Assembly (NCBI GenBank): GCA_946965045.2
Contig: OX337235.1
Span: 496,001-560,000, forward strand
Reading direction: 5' to 3'
From: Epithemia pelagica
Taxonomy: Eukaryota; Protista; Bacillariophyta
Length of the DNA: 64,000 bases
Below are positions 38,001-49,534 of this stretch, in pieces (position 1 is the stretch's first letter; each line of letters opens with the position of its first letter). Made by a program: the position numbers and the translations under genes. A model generated the notes under the pieces. That model searched no databases. It had not been told where the DNA came from and saw nothing but the letters and a program-made list of their open reading frames with translations.

Positions 38001-39875
38001 CCTTTTCTTCAGCTTGGACTTGATTGAGTGCATCCTGCAGGTTTATATCGTCATGGATCGAATTTGGGTAAAAAAAAAGATAATTGGGATGCTGCTGCTT
38101 TGACAACCTAGGTCTTGTTTTCCTCTCATCCTCTTCGTTGTGCGATACAACTGCTCGTAGTCCTTCGGATGGTGTGTCGCGGTTCGGATTTTCTCTGTTC
38201 CTCCGAGTGAAAAAAAGCTGCTGTAGACCGGCTTCGGGTTGAACGCTGTGTCACAGTCCGAAGGGGAGTTCCCAAAAATCACCCACAGGTCTCATGATGA
38301 TGATGATGATGTGACGACATGGCTCAAGAGAGAGAGAGATCACCCCCGTCGGAACCCATTGCCTCTCGGTTCACGTGCGCGCAAGTCGCTCATCCTCTCT
38401 AGAGGGGTGTGTGCCGATTCGAACGGCTCCATGCTCGCCATGGTGTTTGGATGCAAGAGAACCGTGTGCGAACACGTCTGTCTGACTCTGTCGCTTCTGT
38501 ATCGCGGTTTCCGAACCGTGCTACCCTCTCAAAGACCTATGCCACCAGCCGCCTTGGTCGGGTGGTACGGGCCTTTGCTCATGATGGTCTCGGTTCTTGG
38601 GTGTCCAGGGTTCGAGTCCGCTGTGATTAGGTGGTTGGGAGGGCTAGATGTGGGGCCCGAAAAGCGGTTCGTCTATGTGGCCCCTTGTCACAAGCGGGCT
38701 GTCCCCCCGCTCCATGATTCCGAGAAAAATGGCGCCAGGGCAGTCGGTCGACTGTACCCTAGTGTTGGATTCTGGTTCCTTCTTGGTAGTGTTGGATTGG
38801 AACAAGAAGGGCTGTGCGGGCAGTGGTTCGTGTTGGTGTGGTGCTCCTCGTTGTGTGTTTGGTGGAACGACATGTATCCGTGGTTCTTCTGGTTCTTGTG
38901 GTGGTGGTGGTGGGTCGTCCCGAGCACTCGTCGTGGTGGTGGTGGTTCTTATTGTGGTGGTTCTGAGCAAAGACGGCAAAATGGGCACCACAACTTTCAA
39001 AACCACATCCACGGATGGTGCCTCTCATCATATCAAAATGCCATTGAAAACTGCCAAGATTATGGGAACGATTCAAGAGGTGTATATTTTCTGTCATTTG
39101 TGCGTTGCCCAACTTTGGCCTCTTGTTTTTTTCCAAAGCGCCTGCCATGTCAAATCGTCAGCCTGCTTTCGATCGTTGAAATCTGAACGCCGGCCTCGCC
39201 TCGTATTTTGTACCATGAATCGTCTCACTTCTCACTTTTCGACAAACCACAAGAAATGACAATGGGGCTGCAACAAAATCGAACAATCCAGCAAAATGAA
39301 TGACCATAGCATGAATACTACTGTCAAGATCTACCCCCTGGATCATCAGTAAACGCGGCAATCAACCGAATGAGAAGAAGGATGAAAAATGACAAGATGA
39401 CAATCAACCAGTGTGTGGACGACATCAGAGTCTAAGGAAGGACACAATACAATGGATAGGGCCAGGAAGCCTAAACAAATAGGAGGAGTACCTAGATACA
39501 TATAGAGTTGACTATGCTTGTATTTTAGTTGCAGTCAATGTACTAAGAGCTTTCCTTGTTGTGGGCCATTGCCACTTGTCTTGTGTTTGTGCATGTTTTT
39601 TTCTGTTTCACGTGTGTGTTCACTGTTCATCCTTGTGTGGGATTTCTTCGCGTCGTGCTCCGTATCAAGCCAAAGCCAGGGCGAAGCGCGCGATGCCAGT
39701 TATGACAGTTGCTATGGACGTTATAATTACTGCTTTTAGAGAAAAAAACTGAGCTATAATTTAAAGTAAAAACTAAAATGAAAAAAGAAAAATGTCGGAT
39801 GGATGACAGAAGTTATACACCCGCCGGATCGGACAGATATAGGATTAATACTATCGCTTGCTTCTCGAGTAGATC

Positions 39876-40181
39876 ATGATTGACGACCACCTTCATGCTT
39901 CTACCAATCAAGGGTTGCCCCACAACCTCTTGAACATGTTCCACAACAACAACAACAACGAGATGATGAAGAATGGTCGAGGTGTTAAGGTTGAGACACT
40001 GGTGCCAGAACGAAACCGTGTCAACCTCCAGAACAAGAAAAAGAAGAACGTCATGACCCGATACGGTCCGATGGTTCTTGTGGTTGTGGTACTTTTTCAA
40101 TGGTCTATGTCCATGCCGTCCTCCTCCTTGTCGTCGTCGCTGTCTCTGGCCGTGTCGTCCATGTCCTCCGAATCTTGGACC

Positions 40182-40215
<34 letters not shown>

Positions 40216-42188
40216 CCACAACAAGAACAACACTCGTTTCGTCCCCCGAAACCAGCAGCCATAATAGGACGGACTCCACGTCTCCTTCTACTCGGAACGC
40301 CACTACCATTATAACCCAGTCACCACCACCACCACCACCAACAACAACAACAATTACTACTACGACAAGTAGGAATGGAACCGAGACAACGCCGTGGTCT
40401 CTGTGGAACCGTTGGATCTCCTTGCCATCGTCTGGGATGTCGTCAAATGTTTCGTTTGCCAGTGCTACCGACTGTCGACTGGCGATTCAAGACTCGGTTC
40501 AAAATCCGTGGATCATTGGCGATGGCATCCGCTATCGCATCCCCACGCTCGAAGATGTCATTGTCCTACCATTGATGGTCACGACCAACCACAACGACAA
40601 CAACCATTCATCCAACCACAAACAACAATATATTTTGCTCAATCCCTTGCTCCAGACCGACCCTTTGGTCCGTGCCTCGACGTGGTACTGTGGAAATCTC
40701 GAGCATGCGGCCCATTGGGCACACTTGGAAACCTTGATTCAAACGCATCAGTACTTCAATAGCAGCAGCAACAACAATAACAGCCTCAAGAAGGATTCTT
40801 CGTTGGAGAATGCGGGTCCCGTTCCGACACGAAACCTCTTTGTCCAAAGGCCCCGACAGCATGACCAAGTGATTGTGCCATGTCCTCTGGTGGTTCCCCC
40901 AACACCAATGAATACTACTAGTAGCAACCACCACCATTCGAACGACTCTGGCAGTCATGCGCCAATCGCCGTGACTCATTTGTGGTCCTCCGTGGCCGAA
41001 CGCCAAACCGGTGTATGGCCTGTGTACGATTTGCGGCTGTTTCAAACCTGCAATCGCTTGGAAACGCTGGAATTTTGGAACCAGACGAACCAGCAGCGGC
41101 ATCCCGAACGACGACGACAAGAGCATGCGGAGGATGCCACCACCCGTACAAATCACACAAGGCTCCGACCATACGAATCGCCGTTTTCCCCCGAACCAAA
41201 CCACCACAAGAACACGACAATAATGTCTCCCAGTAGTCCTCCTCCTCAAGTAGGTGCCTGTTTGATTACGTGGGGAGACAAGAGCCGTCAAGCCTTGCAT
41301 GAATGGATTGTATACCACCGATTATTGGGCGTTTCTCACTTTTGGATCCACATTAACGAAGACTGGAATACCACGTACAACAATCCGACCATGAATTTGA
41401 GCTATGTCACATATATTCCCTACAATTACCATTATCGTGACTACGTTCCAGATGCGGGAGGAGCCGTCTTTCCGTGGCAACAAACGATGCAAATGAGATG
41501 CTTGTGGAATGCCAAAAAATTCGGTTTCGATTGGGTCATCACCACCGATTCCGATGAATTTCTTGACATTTCCGATCCAGACATCATTCACAGAAATTCA
41601 ACAGCAGTAATAGATCCATTGTCCGTTTCGCTTGCAGATGCGACTGCTGTGACGGAGGATGCTCCACTCTTGCAATTCTTGCGCCGCTTTAATGCCGAAA
41701 AGATTGGGTCCTTGATTCTAGCAAGTGTCCCCTACGGTGACCACAAGACGAACAAGACCAATTTCCTGACAGTAGTCCCCCATGACAATACAACCAGTGA
41801 TTCTCCTCCCATAAAAACGAGCATCGTGTTGAAAATGGACCAAGTTTGGAGAAATCGCGACTTGAAGCACACGAAATACAAGCGTCAAAAAATGGTGTAC
41901 AGTGTTCCCACTGCCGCTTCGATTGGAATTCATTATTTACTGAAATGCAGTGCGGCCCATGATCCTGACAGGCAAGTCGGGTGTCAAATGACGCATGTGG
42001 AACAGACGTCCTTGTTCATTCGGCATTATCGAGAGGCCAGGACCCGAACCGGAATCCTCTATAATAACAACATTACGGCATTGGCGCCGGATCCCCGTCT
42101 TCCCGAACAGTATCGTCACACGGTCCTGGCGGTCATGACACAACACCAAATCAAACACAACAACAATAGTCAATCTGGTATTAGGTAG
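39876..42188 (+). CDS. Glycosyltransferase family 92 (DUF23)-like type II membrane protein
   Basis: TM PMVLVVVVLFQWSM, Thr/Ser/Pro stalk, then VGACLI...LHEWIVYHRLLGVSHFWIH...C...FDWVITTDSDEF (DxD)...KMVY...IHY...IRHY. Confidence 0.85.
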
Positions 42189-42475
42189 ATTTCTTTTTTT
42201 TTTTCTCTCTCTCTCTCTCTCTTCTACCTCGATCCTCCATACCGTTTCATCAACTTCATACAGTCGAAGGAAGCCCACAGTGGGATGCTTTCTCCTCCTC
42301 TATCCTCTATACCGTTTCATCCCAACCATTGCGGAGTAGTTATGTGCTATAAAGACGAACAGCGGAGGATTGACTGCTCAGATGATCGAGGACCTTTGCA
42401 CTCAACAAGACGCCAAACTTTTGTATAAGTTGGAACACTTCCTATCTAATCGCAAACCACTACGGAGTATATCTA

Positions 42476-45400
42476 AGTCGCTTCTAAGGATGGATCGCCC
42501 GGCGCATACGGTGGAACCGCGCCGGGCGACCCTTCTCAAGAGGCCTTGACACAGGGAATTACTCCTCTAAGAAATACCGTACGTCACTCTAGATGACAAC
42601 CTATTATACCTACTCGAATCTCCAATCGGCATCCTCTCCAATAGAGATCCAAAACTACAGTCTGTATAGCCATTCGCCAAAACACACACACAAGGCAACG
42701 CGACAACAACAACATGTCCAAGCCCTTCCGATTCCGACGACGGCCCCCTTGTCGTCGTTGGCTGTTCGGTTGGTGCCACTATGATTACGCCGTCATATTA
42801 CTGTGCCTCGTTTGGATTCTTGCAGGGAATGGACCAGCTGCTGGGGCGGAACAATCGTCCCCTTGGAATTTGAAGGACCATTTTTAACCATTCATCGGGC
42901 GGCCCGCGACTTGGGGGGACCGGATCAGTTCAAGATTCACACCATTCCTCCCGTAATTTTGAAAAGCATTTTGGAACGCATTGGAGCCTTGCTGCCATCG
43001 ACCCGAATCTACAAGGCGGGCTGTGTCACGGCCGCCGATCAATTCGTCGGTCCAGCCGCAGGATCCTCCTCCCAAACGCCGCAGGATCTCTTGTTGCCCC
43101 CCGACACGGCCCACGGACAACACGAGTGTGTGGCGCCCACTCACGCCGACTCTTCCATGAAATGGTGGCGTCGTAGTCACAACAGTAGCCCCAACGCCAA
43201 TCCACAAGAGGACAATGATCCAGACGACCTTCCTCCGGTACGGGATGTGTACAATGCCGTCTTTGCTCGTCGTCGGCTCGTATGCCATTGGAGAGTGCTC
43301 CGGCCTCGTTGAATTTTTGGTTCTTGTCCTTTGTCAATTGGTTTCACGATGACAACTTTCGGACCGTTCCCCATACCAATGGATCCTTTTCGTGGGGAGG
43401 CGATGGGGGACTTCACATGACCCATGTCTATGGCCATACCCGGTACCGACAAGAAGCGCTCCGTACCTTGCAAGGAGATGGCAAAATGAAAACATCATCG
43501 TCGTCGTCGTCGGCCACAACTGTGTTGGGAGAATGGTCCTACTTTCCGCCCTTGTGGAATGACGTGCAACAAGACTATCCCGACTTTGACATGTGGACAC
43601 CGCACAATGGACCCAGTAGCAATTCCAGTGCCGCCGGTAAGCAAGACGTGGACACGTCGGCCTACTTTGCCATGGGGGATCCTCGGTTCAACATGCATCC
43701 CGGTCACATTGTTTGGACCAGCATTGCCCTCTACCTGCACAATACCGTCTGCGACATTTTGATTCAACACCAACCGCAACCACGACAAGATGCGGAGGAT
43801 GGGGGCTGGACCGATGAGGATATTTTTCAACGAGCGCGCGTCATTACCTTTCACATTGTCCAAAAGATTCGTCTTCAAGACTTTGTCTCCGATTCCGTCT
43901 CCCATGCCCGAAATCACGCACGGCTCCCGTACAATCCAGATGAACTTCGCCAACTCATGGTCCCGCAGTTTCCCTTTTCGGGAGCCAAACCCCACTTTTT
44001 GGAATTCAATCACGTCTACCAAGCCTGGCATTCCTTGCTTCCGGATGCACTCCATCTTCAAGGCCAACCGGTACCACTGACCAATCTCATGTGGTCTCCC
44101 CATTTCTTTCAAAATACCAGCCTGGCCCAAATTGCCTTGGCCTTTTCTCAGACTCCCATTGCCCGGTATGGTCCCCACAATTTCCCTCCCTTTGTCCGGG
44201 GGATTACCGAACAGGCCCTGGCCGATGAACGCGCGCAACGATTGCCCTCCTACAATGCCTATCGTTCCTACGTGGGATTACCGCCCTTGCAATCCTTTGA
44301 CGAGCTGGCTGTGGACAATCCGCAACAACTCCAACAACTCTACCACGGAGATGTGAATCGCCTCGAATTCTTGACGGGCATTGTGGCGGATTCCCATGCC
44401 CGACTGCCCGGGAACTTGCTGGGCGACGTGCAGCTCATTTTGGTCAGCCTCTTTGCCGTTCAGGATGTGGCGTCCAATGCCATTCTTCAAAATCCCATGC
44501 TCTGGAACGACGACTACTTGACCAAGGCCGGAAAAGACTTTGTGGAACAGTTTGAATTTCGAACCTTGCTCCAAACGCTCCTGGCCCCCGAACACGGCGA
44601 CGACGTGGACCGTCCCTGTCCCTTTCAAACGGACGCCAGTACGTGCATGGAACCCAAGGACTGGAGACTCCCCGACCAAGTGGGGACCAGCTTGTTCCGA
44701 ATGGAGACGGTCTGCAGTAATGTGGGCGTGGATTACACTTCCTGGTACTACTATGATAACGGCTATATGCGCATCACTGTGGCAATCTACACGGTACGGT
44801 TTGAATGGTGGGACGACACCAAGGAAAGGACAGTAGGATTGCTGCTGCTGACACTTTTTTTCGTTTGTGTTGGGCGTTCCAGGCATGCTTTGCAATTATT
44901 GTTGGTCTCTACATTGCCGTCTTTTGGAGTTTGTCCCATTTCCAACCGTTTCAAAAATCACCCGGACCAGTGCAACCAGCTACCCTGCACTTTAGTACCG
45001 TCGCACTGACAGCGAGTGAGCCATTGGCTGTCGACCACGAAGATCTCTCGGTCGACGCCAACCGCCATGTACTACTCGTTGCCCAGGAGGAACTCCGAGT
45101 GGAACGAGTCAACAATGATATTTTTCGCGACCGTGTGAGATTGTGCATCTTGACCGTGAGTCTTCTCATTTCAATTGCCTGCTTTGTACCCATGACGCTT
45201 CTCTGGGTCCAGATCATTGGCAATCCCTATTGGATCCAAATGTTTGCGGATTCATCCTACCGGATTTCGTTTTGGACCTCCGGGCTGGTGGGGGCCCCTT
45301 TTATCGCTGAGATTGCCCTTCGTCTGTCCCAGTGGCGATTCAATAACTTTGACCCCCGCATGTTTTATCAAATTACCTTTCATCATGTGGGATTCTTTGT

Positions 45401-46375
45401 GCTGCAACTCATCTTTTTTGCCGCCGCCGAAGTGACAATTTCGAAAATGTCTCTTACGATTCTAGTCGCTTGGACCTATGAGTGGTCCCTGTTTGCTCCA
45501 TTCTGGATTGTACGATTGTATGATTCAGCTTTTGACGCTTCCTGGAACAAGGAAAACAGGAGCAAGTTGACGGCGTGTCCAAGCTATCGACGGTTTGTCC
45601 ATGTGGCGCTTCCCTGTTTCGTGGTCGTGTACTTTGTCACCCGAACCATGGAGGCCATCGTCCTGTTGATGCTCGTGGCATGCGGATGTCAACGAGGTGT
45701 GTCTGTGGGGGACCAGGCACCGGGGTTCTGGGTCGTGTCCGTGCTGGTGTTTCTCCTCGTGGGCCTTCAATTTCACGCCGGATGGCTGCTCGTGTCCTTG
45801 TACCAGCGACGCGTCCAGCAATTAAAGCAGACCACCCCGCAAATTCCTCGCGCGGAACCATCCGACAAGCCACAACAACAACAAGACGAAGAATCCACAG
45901 AGGAGGGTGCATCATCGTCGGAGGATGTTCCCGGCAGCAAGTCTTTGCAGCAGCAGTCACTGGAGGACCAAGTTTCCCAGGAAAGCATAGACTCTACACA
46001 ACAGCAAAAGCATAGAAATTGGAACTCCTCTTGAAGTTGCCAACACTCCTCCCATGAGAGGGATCGGAACAAGCAATGGGTTCATGGGCTCATTATTTTT
46101 ATACCGGGCCATGGAATTCTTTGGTGGACGTCAGGATGCAGCGGGGCTTGCATCCAAAGGAGGGACATGGACACGCACACGTTTTGAGGCATTACCACCA
46201 GTTGCCTATTGGAGGGGCGCCACTGTAAGGAGAGTGTGTGTTGGTTGCGGACATGACAATGAATTGGCGGCTTGATTGAATCACCATAGGATTGGCAATC
46301 CGTCGTCGCCACTCGGCCACTTTTATGGTTTACCCATGGTATAGATACTCTACTATCGAGGTAGTCTATGATCTA
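42476..46375. repeat. Inverted duplication arm B'
   Basis: AAGTCGCTTCTAAGGATGGATCG at 42476 matches the reverse complement of about 35862-35884; similarity continues to about 46375. Confidence 0.93.
42714..46034 (+). CDS. Cyclooxygenase (PGHS)-like heme peroxidase fused to TLC-like multipass domain, copy 2 (two frame breaks)
   Basis: Signal peptide; RIGALLPS..Y; FVNWFHDDNFRT; HVYGHTRYRQEALR...DGKMK; HNTVCDIL; WTDEDIFQRAR; EFNHVYQAWHSLLPD; SYNAYR...FDEL...LY.GDV. Intron 44794-44882 joins ITVAIYT|ACFAIIVG to a multipass domain with EIALR...FHHVG...YEW...VTR. Frame breaks at T5 (42883-42887) and near 43270. Confidence 0.85.
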
Positions 46376-46381
46376 GAAAAA

Positions 46382-46513
46382 GGTGGCTGGACCGATGAGG
46401 ATATTTTTCAACGAGCGCGCGTCATTACCTTTCGCATTGTCCAAAAGATTCGTCTCCAAGACTTTGTATCCGATTCCGTCTCTCATGCCCGGAATCACGC
46501 AAGGCTCCCGTAC
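46382..46513 (+). pseudogene. Third, isolated fragment of the COX-like exon
   Basis: GGWTDEDIFQRARVITFRIVQKIRLQDFVSDSVSHARNHARLPY, nearly identical to 43801-43932. Confidence 0.9.
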
Positions 46514-46565
46514 TGTGCAATGTAATACTTCAATGGATGTGGAACGTGGCACCACAGTGGAGGAT

Positions 46566-49142
46566 TTAGCTGTCATTTCCTGTCAAGTTGTCCTCGAAGC
46601 CCTCCTTTATCTCTTGCAAAAACTGTGACGATGGCATGTCCGGCTTTGTCTTGCTTCGCAGCAACCGCTTAGCGCTTTTTCCACGTCCTAATGCAACCTC
46701 TGAATGAGACGCCATAACCTCCGACTTTTCCCCTCCGCCACAAGTGGAACAAACAGCAAGCTTGGTCGCTTCAAAACAGTCATCGGTAGGCACTTCGATA
46801 GTTACTGTAAAAATTCTGCCATGGGAAAAATTCTTCTTGCGGATGGTGCTTTGCGATGGATCCTCGAGGCCAATCAGTAATAGAATACACAACCCAGTTT
46901 CGATGCCGGCATCTTTAAACACCATTTTCATGGCGTTGACTGCACCCTCGCGTTGCACAGAATTGTAAGATAATCGATTCTTCACACTCACTAGCATGGG
47001 ACAGTAGTGATCCTGATTATTGTGTTTGTATCGCACAGGTATTACCAGGTCGTAAGCTGGGCAAGAGGCATACGCATAGGATGCCCTTGCAGCTCGATAC
47101 CAGTGCTCCAATAGGCCATTCTCCTGCAGTTCTTTTAGACTGTAACGCAAGTAATTACGACACACTTGGATGAAATTGACGCTTGCTTGTCCAGTGCTAT
47201 CAACGCTAGATGAATCATCATTGTTGCCTTGCAGTTTTTTAAGCCATTTCTCGAGTGGAACGGAAAGATGTTTCAGATCTTTTGATTTTTCCCAGCGCAA
47301 CTCGTCTCCACAAGCCAGCATGTAAAAGGCAGCCGCGACTTCACCAACATCTCCCTTTTCAGGACGACACAATGCAGACGTATACATCTTGATGGCAAAT
47401 TTGGACCAAAAAGAAGGAGGTTGAAACCAGTCGCTAAAACGGTTGCAGTTCTTGATCATTTGGGACATCGCAAGCCATGCGCATACCGGATCCGGAAGGT
47501 ACGCAATATCTGCGACAGCTGGTTGTTCCGGGTCAAAATGAGTAAGGTAGGCATACCCCGAAGCCACTTGTTTCGACGCAAGATCAAATGAAACTTGGCC
47601 CATTTGCAGACGCGTTGCCAAAATTGAAAAACATGAACTCACATTCACCTGCTCAATCTTGTAGGCCCCACCTTTCATCCGAAGCAAGATTGAGTCCAAC
47701 GCTTTTTCTAGCTCACCCTTTAGATGCATCCGAGCGAACAACGGACGTCCATATTGGACTGCAACTTCAAACTCTGTCCAACATTTTTTATCGAATTCGG
47801 AACCACTGGTGATTGAAACAAGTCCAGTCGTCGTGATCTCGAAAAATGGAGCATACAACTTGTTGCCTGAGTTGTATGTTGCTTTTACATCTCTTGAGTG
47901 CTTGGAATGCTGCGGTGGCTCCGCAAAGTAGTTTGACAAACTCATGCTTGTCCCCGCAAACACGCCAACAATGTTATGTTCATTTTGTTTTCTTCGAAGC
48001 CACCATCGTATGCTTCGAAAATGAAATCCATCACCGTTGTTGATCAGGTGTTGGGACTCGTCAAAGAGCAGTATGACCTTTTCCTTTCCTCCATTCTTTA
48101 CAAAATCATCCAACTTCTTCCAGAGCGTTTCTCGGTCATCTTGGGTGGTTCCAATTGTTTTAACGTCCAGAGTCTGGGAGAAAATGTCACTGCCCCATGC
48201 TAAGTGTGTAACTTCGCCATGATGGCACAGAATGAGTTCACAGTGAACGTTGCTTTCATGGTCGTTATCAAACATTGTTTTGCATTCGTGAAGTAATTTG
48301 GTCTTGCCAGTTCCACTCGATTGGATGAGCGGAAAATACGGAGCCATGTATTCTTCTTTTGCGGAGTCTTTCCATTTGAAAAGTTCTTCCACTCGATCCA
48401 TGAATGCATTTAAGTCTCGTTTGTACAACATTGCGCTGTTTTTGATGTCAAAGTCGATGTAGGCCACTCTATGGGATTCATTGGGGGAAGAATCCATAGG
48501 AGTTACTTTTCCTGTTCTCAAAAAGTGTGCCAAGTTAATCTTCAAATAGTCTTGAACAACACTTGACAAGTTAGAAATTATTCTCAAGGATTTGATCGAT
48601 TGACTTCGAACAAAGTCTTTTTCTTCTTGTGACATATTTGTCTTGAACCAAGTGTCATCCAAGTAGTAACCAAGTGTTTTGCTGTCGTCCGGTGGATTCG
48701 GAGAGCTAGCGCTTCTTTTGCGCCTTTTGTTCTTTTTCGTAGGTTTCACAGTGTTTTGAGTCTTCCTCTTGGTTACTTTTTGTCTCTTTTCAGCTGGGCC
48801 GGTTTCGTCATTGCCCCCTCCACTCTTTCCCCCGTCGTTGTTGGTAGACGCCTCCCTCATATCTGGAGAACCTTCTTTTGCTGCTTTTGACGTATCAGCC
48901 TTGAACCAAGTGTCTTTCAAGTAGTAACCAAGTGTTTTGCTGTCGTCCGGTGGATTCGGAGAGCTAGCGCTTCTTTTGCGCCTTTTGTTCTTTTTCGTAG
49001 GTTTCACAGTGTTTTGAGTCTTCCTCTTGGTTACTTTTTGTCTCTTTTCAGCTGGGCCGGTTTCGTCATTGCCCCCTCCACTCTTTCCCCCGTCGTTGTT
49101 GGTAGACGCCTCCCTCATATCTGGAGAACCACTTCTCTTCAT
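46566..49142 (-). CDS. Crinkler-type P-loop NTPase with putative restriction-endonuclease-like C-terminus
   Basis: YMAPYFPLIQSSGTGKTKLL (Walker A), ILLFDES (Walker B), GRPLF, GDVGEVAAAFYML, AYDLVIPV...MLVSVKN; basic repeat-containing N-terminus. Confidence 0.72.
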   Translation of the reverse strand: MKRSGSPDMREASTNNDGGKSGGGNDETGPAEKRQKVTKRKTQNTVKPTKKNKRRKRSASSPNPPDDSKTLGYYLKDTWFKADTSKAAKEGSPDMREASTNNDGGKSGGGNDETGPAEKRQKVTKRKTQNTVKPTKKNKRRKRSASSPNPPDDSKTLGYYLDDTWFKTNMSQEEKDFVRSQSIKSLRIISNLSSVVQDYLKINLAHFLRTGKVTPMDSSPNESHRVAYIDFDIKNSAMLYKRDLNAFMDRVEELFKWKDSAKEEYMAPYFPLIQSSGTGKTKLLHECKTMFDNDHESNVHCELILCHHGEVTHLAWGSDIFSQTLDVKTIGTTQDDRETLWKKLDDFVKNGGKEKVILLFDESQHLINNGDGFHFRSIRWWLRRKQNEHNIVGVFAGTSMSLSNYFAEPPQHSKHSRDVKATYNSGNKLYAPFFEITTTGLVSITSGSEFDKKCWTEFEVAVQYGRPLFARMHLKGELEKALDSILLRMKGGAYKIEQVNVSSCFSILATRLQMGQVSFDLASKQVASGYAYLTHFDPEQPAVADIAYLPDPVCAWLAMSQMIKNCNRFSDWFQPPSFWSKFAIKMYTSALCRPEKGDVGEVAAAFYMLACGDELRWEKSKDLKHLSVPLEKWLKKLQGNNDDSSSVDSTGQASVNFIQVCRNYLRYSLKELQENGLLEHWYRAARASYAYASCPAYDLVIPVRYKHNNQDHYCPMLVSVKNRLSYNSVQREGAVNAMKMVFKDAGIETGLCILLLIGLEDPSQSTIRKKNFSHGRIFTVTIEVPTDDCFEATKLAVCSTCGGGEKSEVMASHSEVALGRGKSAKRLLRSKTKPDMPSSQFLQEIKEGFEDNLTGNDS
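48643..49130. repeat. Direct repeat, about 230 bp x2 with 258-bp (86-codon) period
   Basis: 48643-48872 matches 48901-49130; the protein repeats GSPDMREAST...YYLxDTWFK. Confidence 0.97.
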
Positions 49143-49212
49143 TGCGACAAGTTGATAACTTGTGGGTCAAGGGAGTCGTGGTAATATAGTGTGTTGCTGT
49201 TTGCTGCAGCAT

Positions 49213-49422
49213 GGAGGAAAACGGTTGTCTCCTAAACTCCTAAAATCCCACACTTTTTTGACGATCGAAGCCTGATCCAGGAAAAAGCAGTCGATCATCA
49301 TAAAAAAGAGTACTTACTATGCTAGACTACATGAATAATTTGTCGGAGCGTCATACGATTTGATGATTTCTGATCGGTAAAAAAATAGGATTTTGGGATT
49401 TTGGGATTAACCGTTTTCCTCC
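49213..49422. mobile_element. MITE-like element with terminal inverted repeats
   Basis: GGAGGAAAACGGTT (49213-49226) is the exact reverse complement of AACCGTTTTCCTCC (49409-49422); imperfect complementarity continues about 35 bp inward. No TSD seen. Confidence 0.6.
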
Positions 49423-49534
49423 TACTCCCTCTGGAAGTTGCACCAAAAAAAGGGGAATTGCGTCATTTCATGGGCGTATGTCCGTTGGTCAAAAAAATTA
49501 TATAGGCTTATAGCTCTTTTTAGTACGAACATTT

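Noticed and set aside
38545-39150. Possible 5' fragment of a type II membrane or glycosyltransferase-like gene
   Set aside because: Low-complexity sequence broken across frames; no motif I can assign confidently.
49386-49408. Telomere-like TTTTGGGA repeats
   Set aside because: Only 2-3 units, better explained as subterminal repeats of the MITE-like element.
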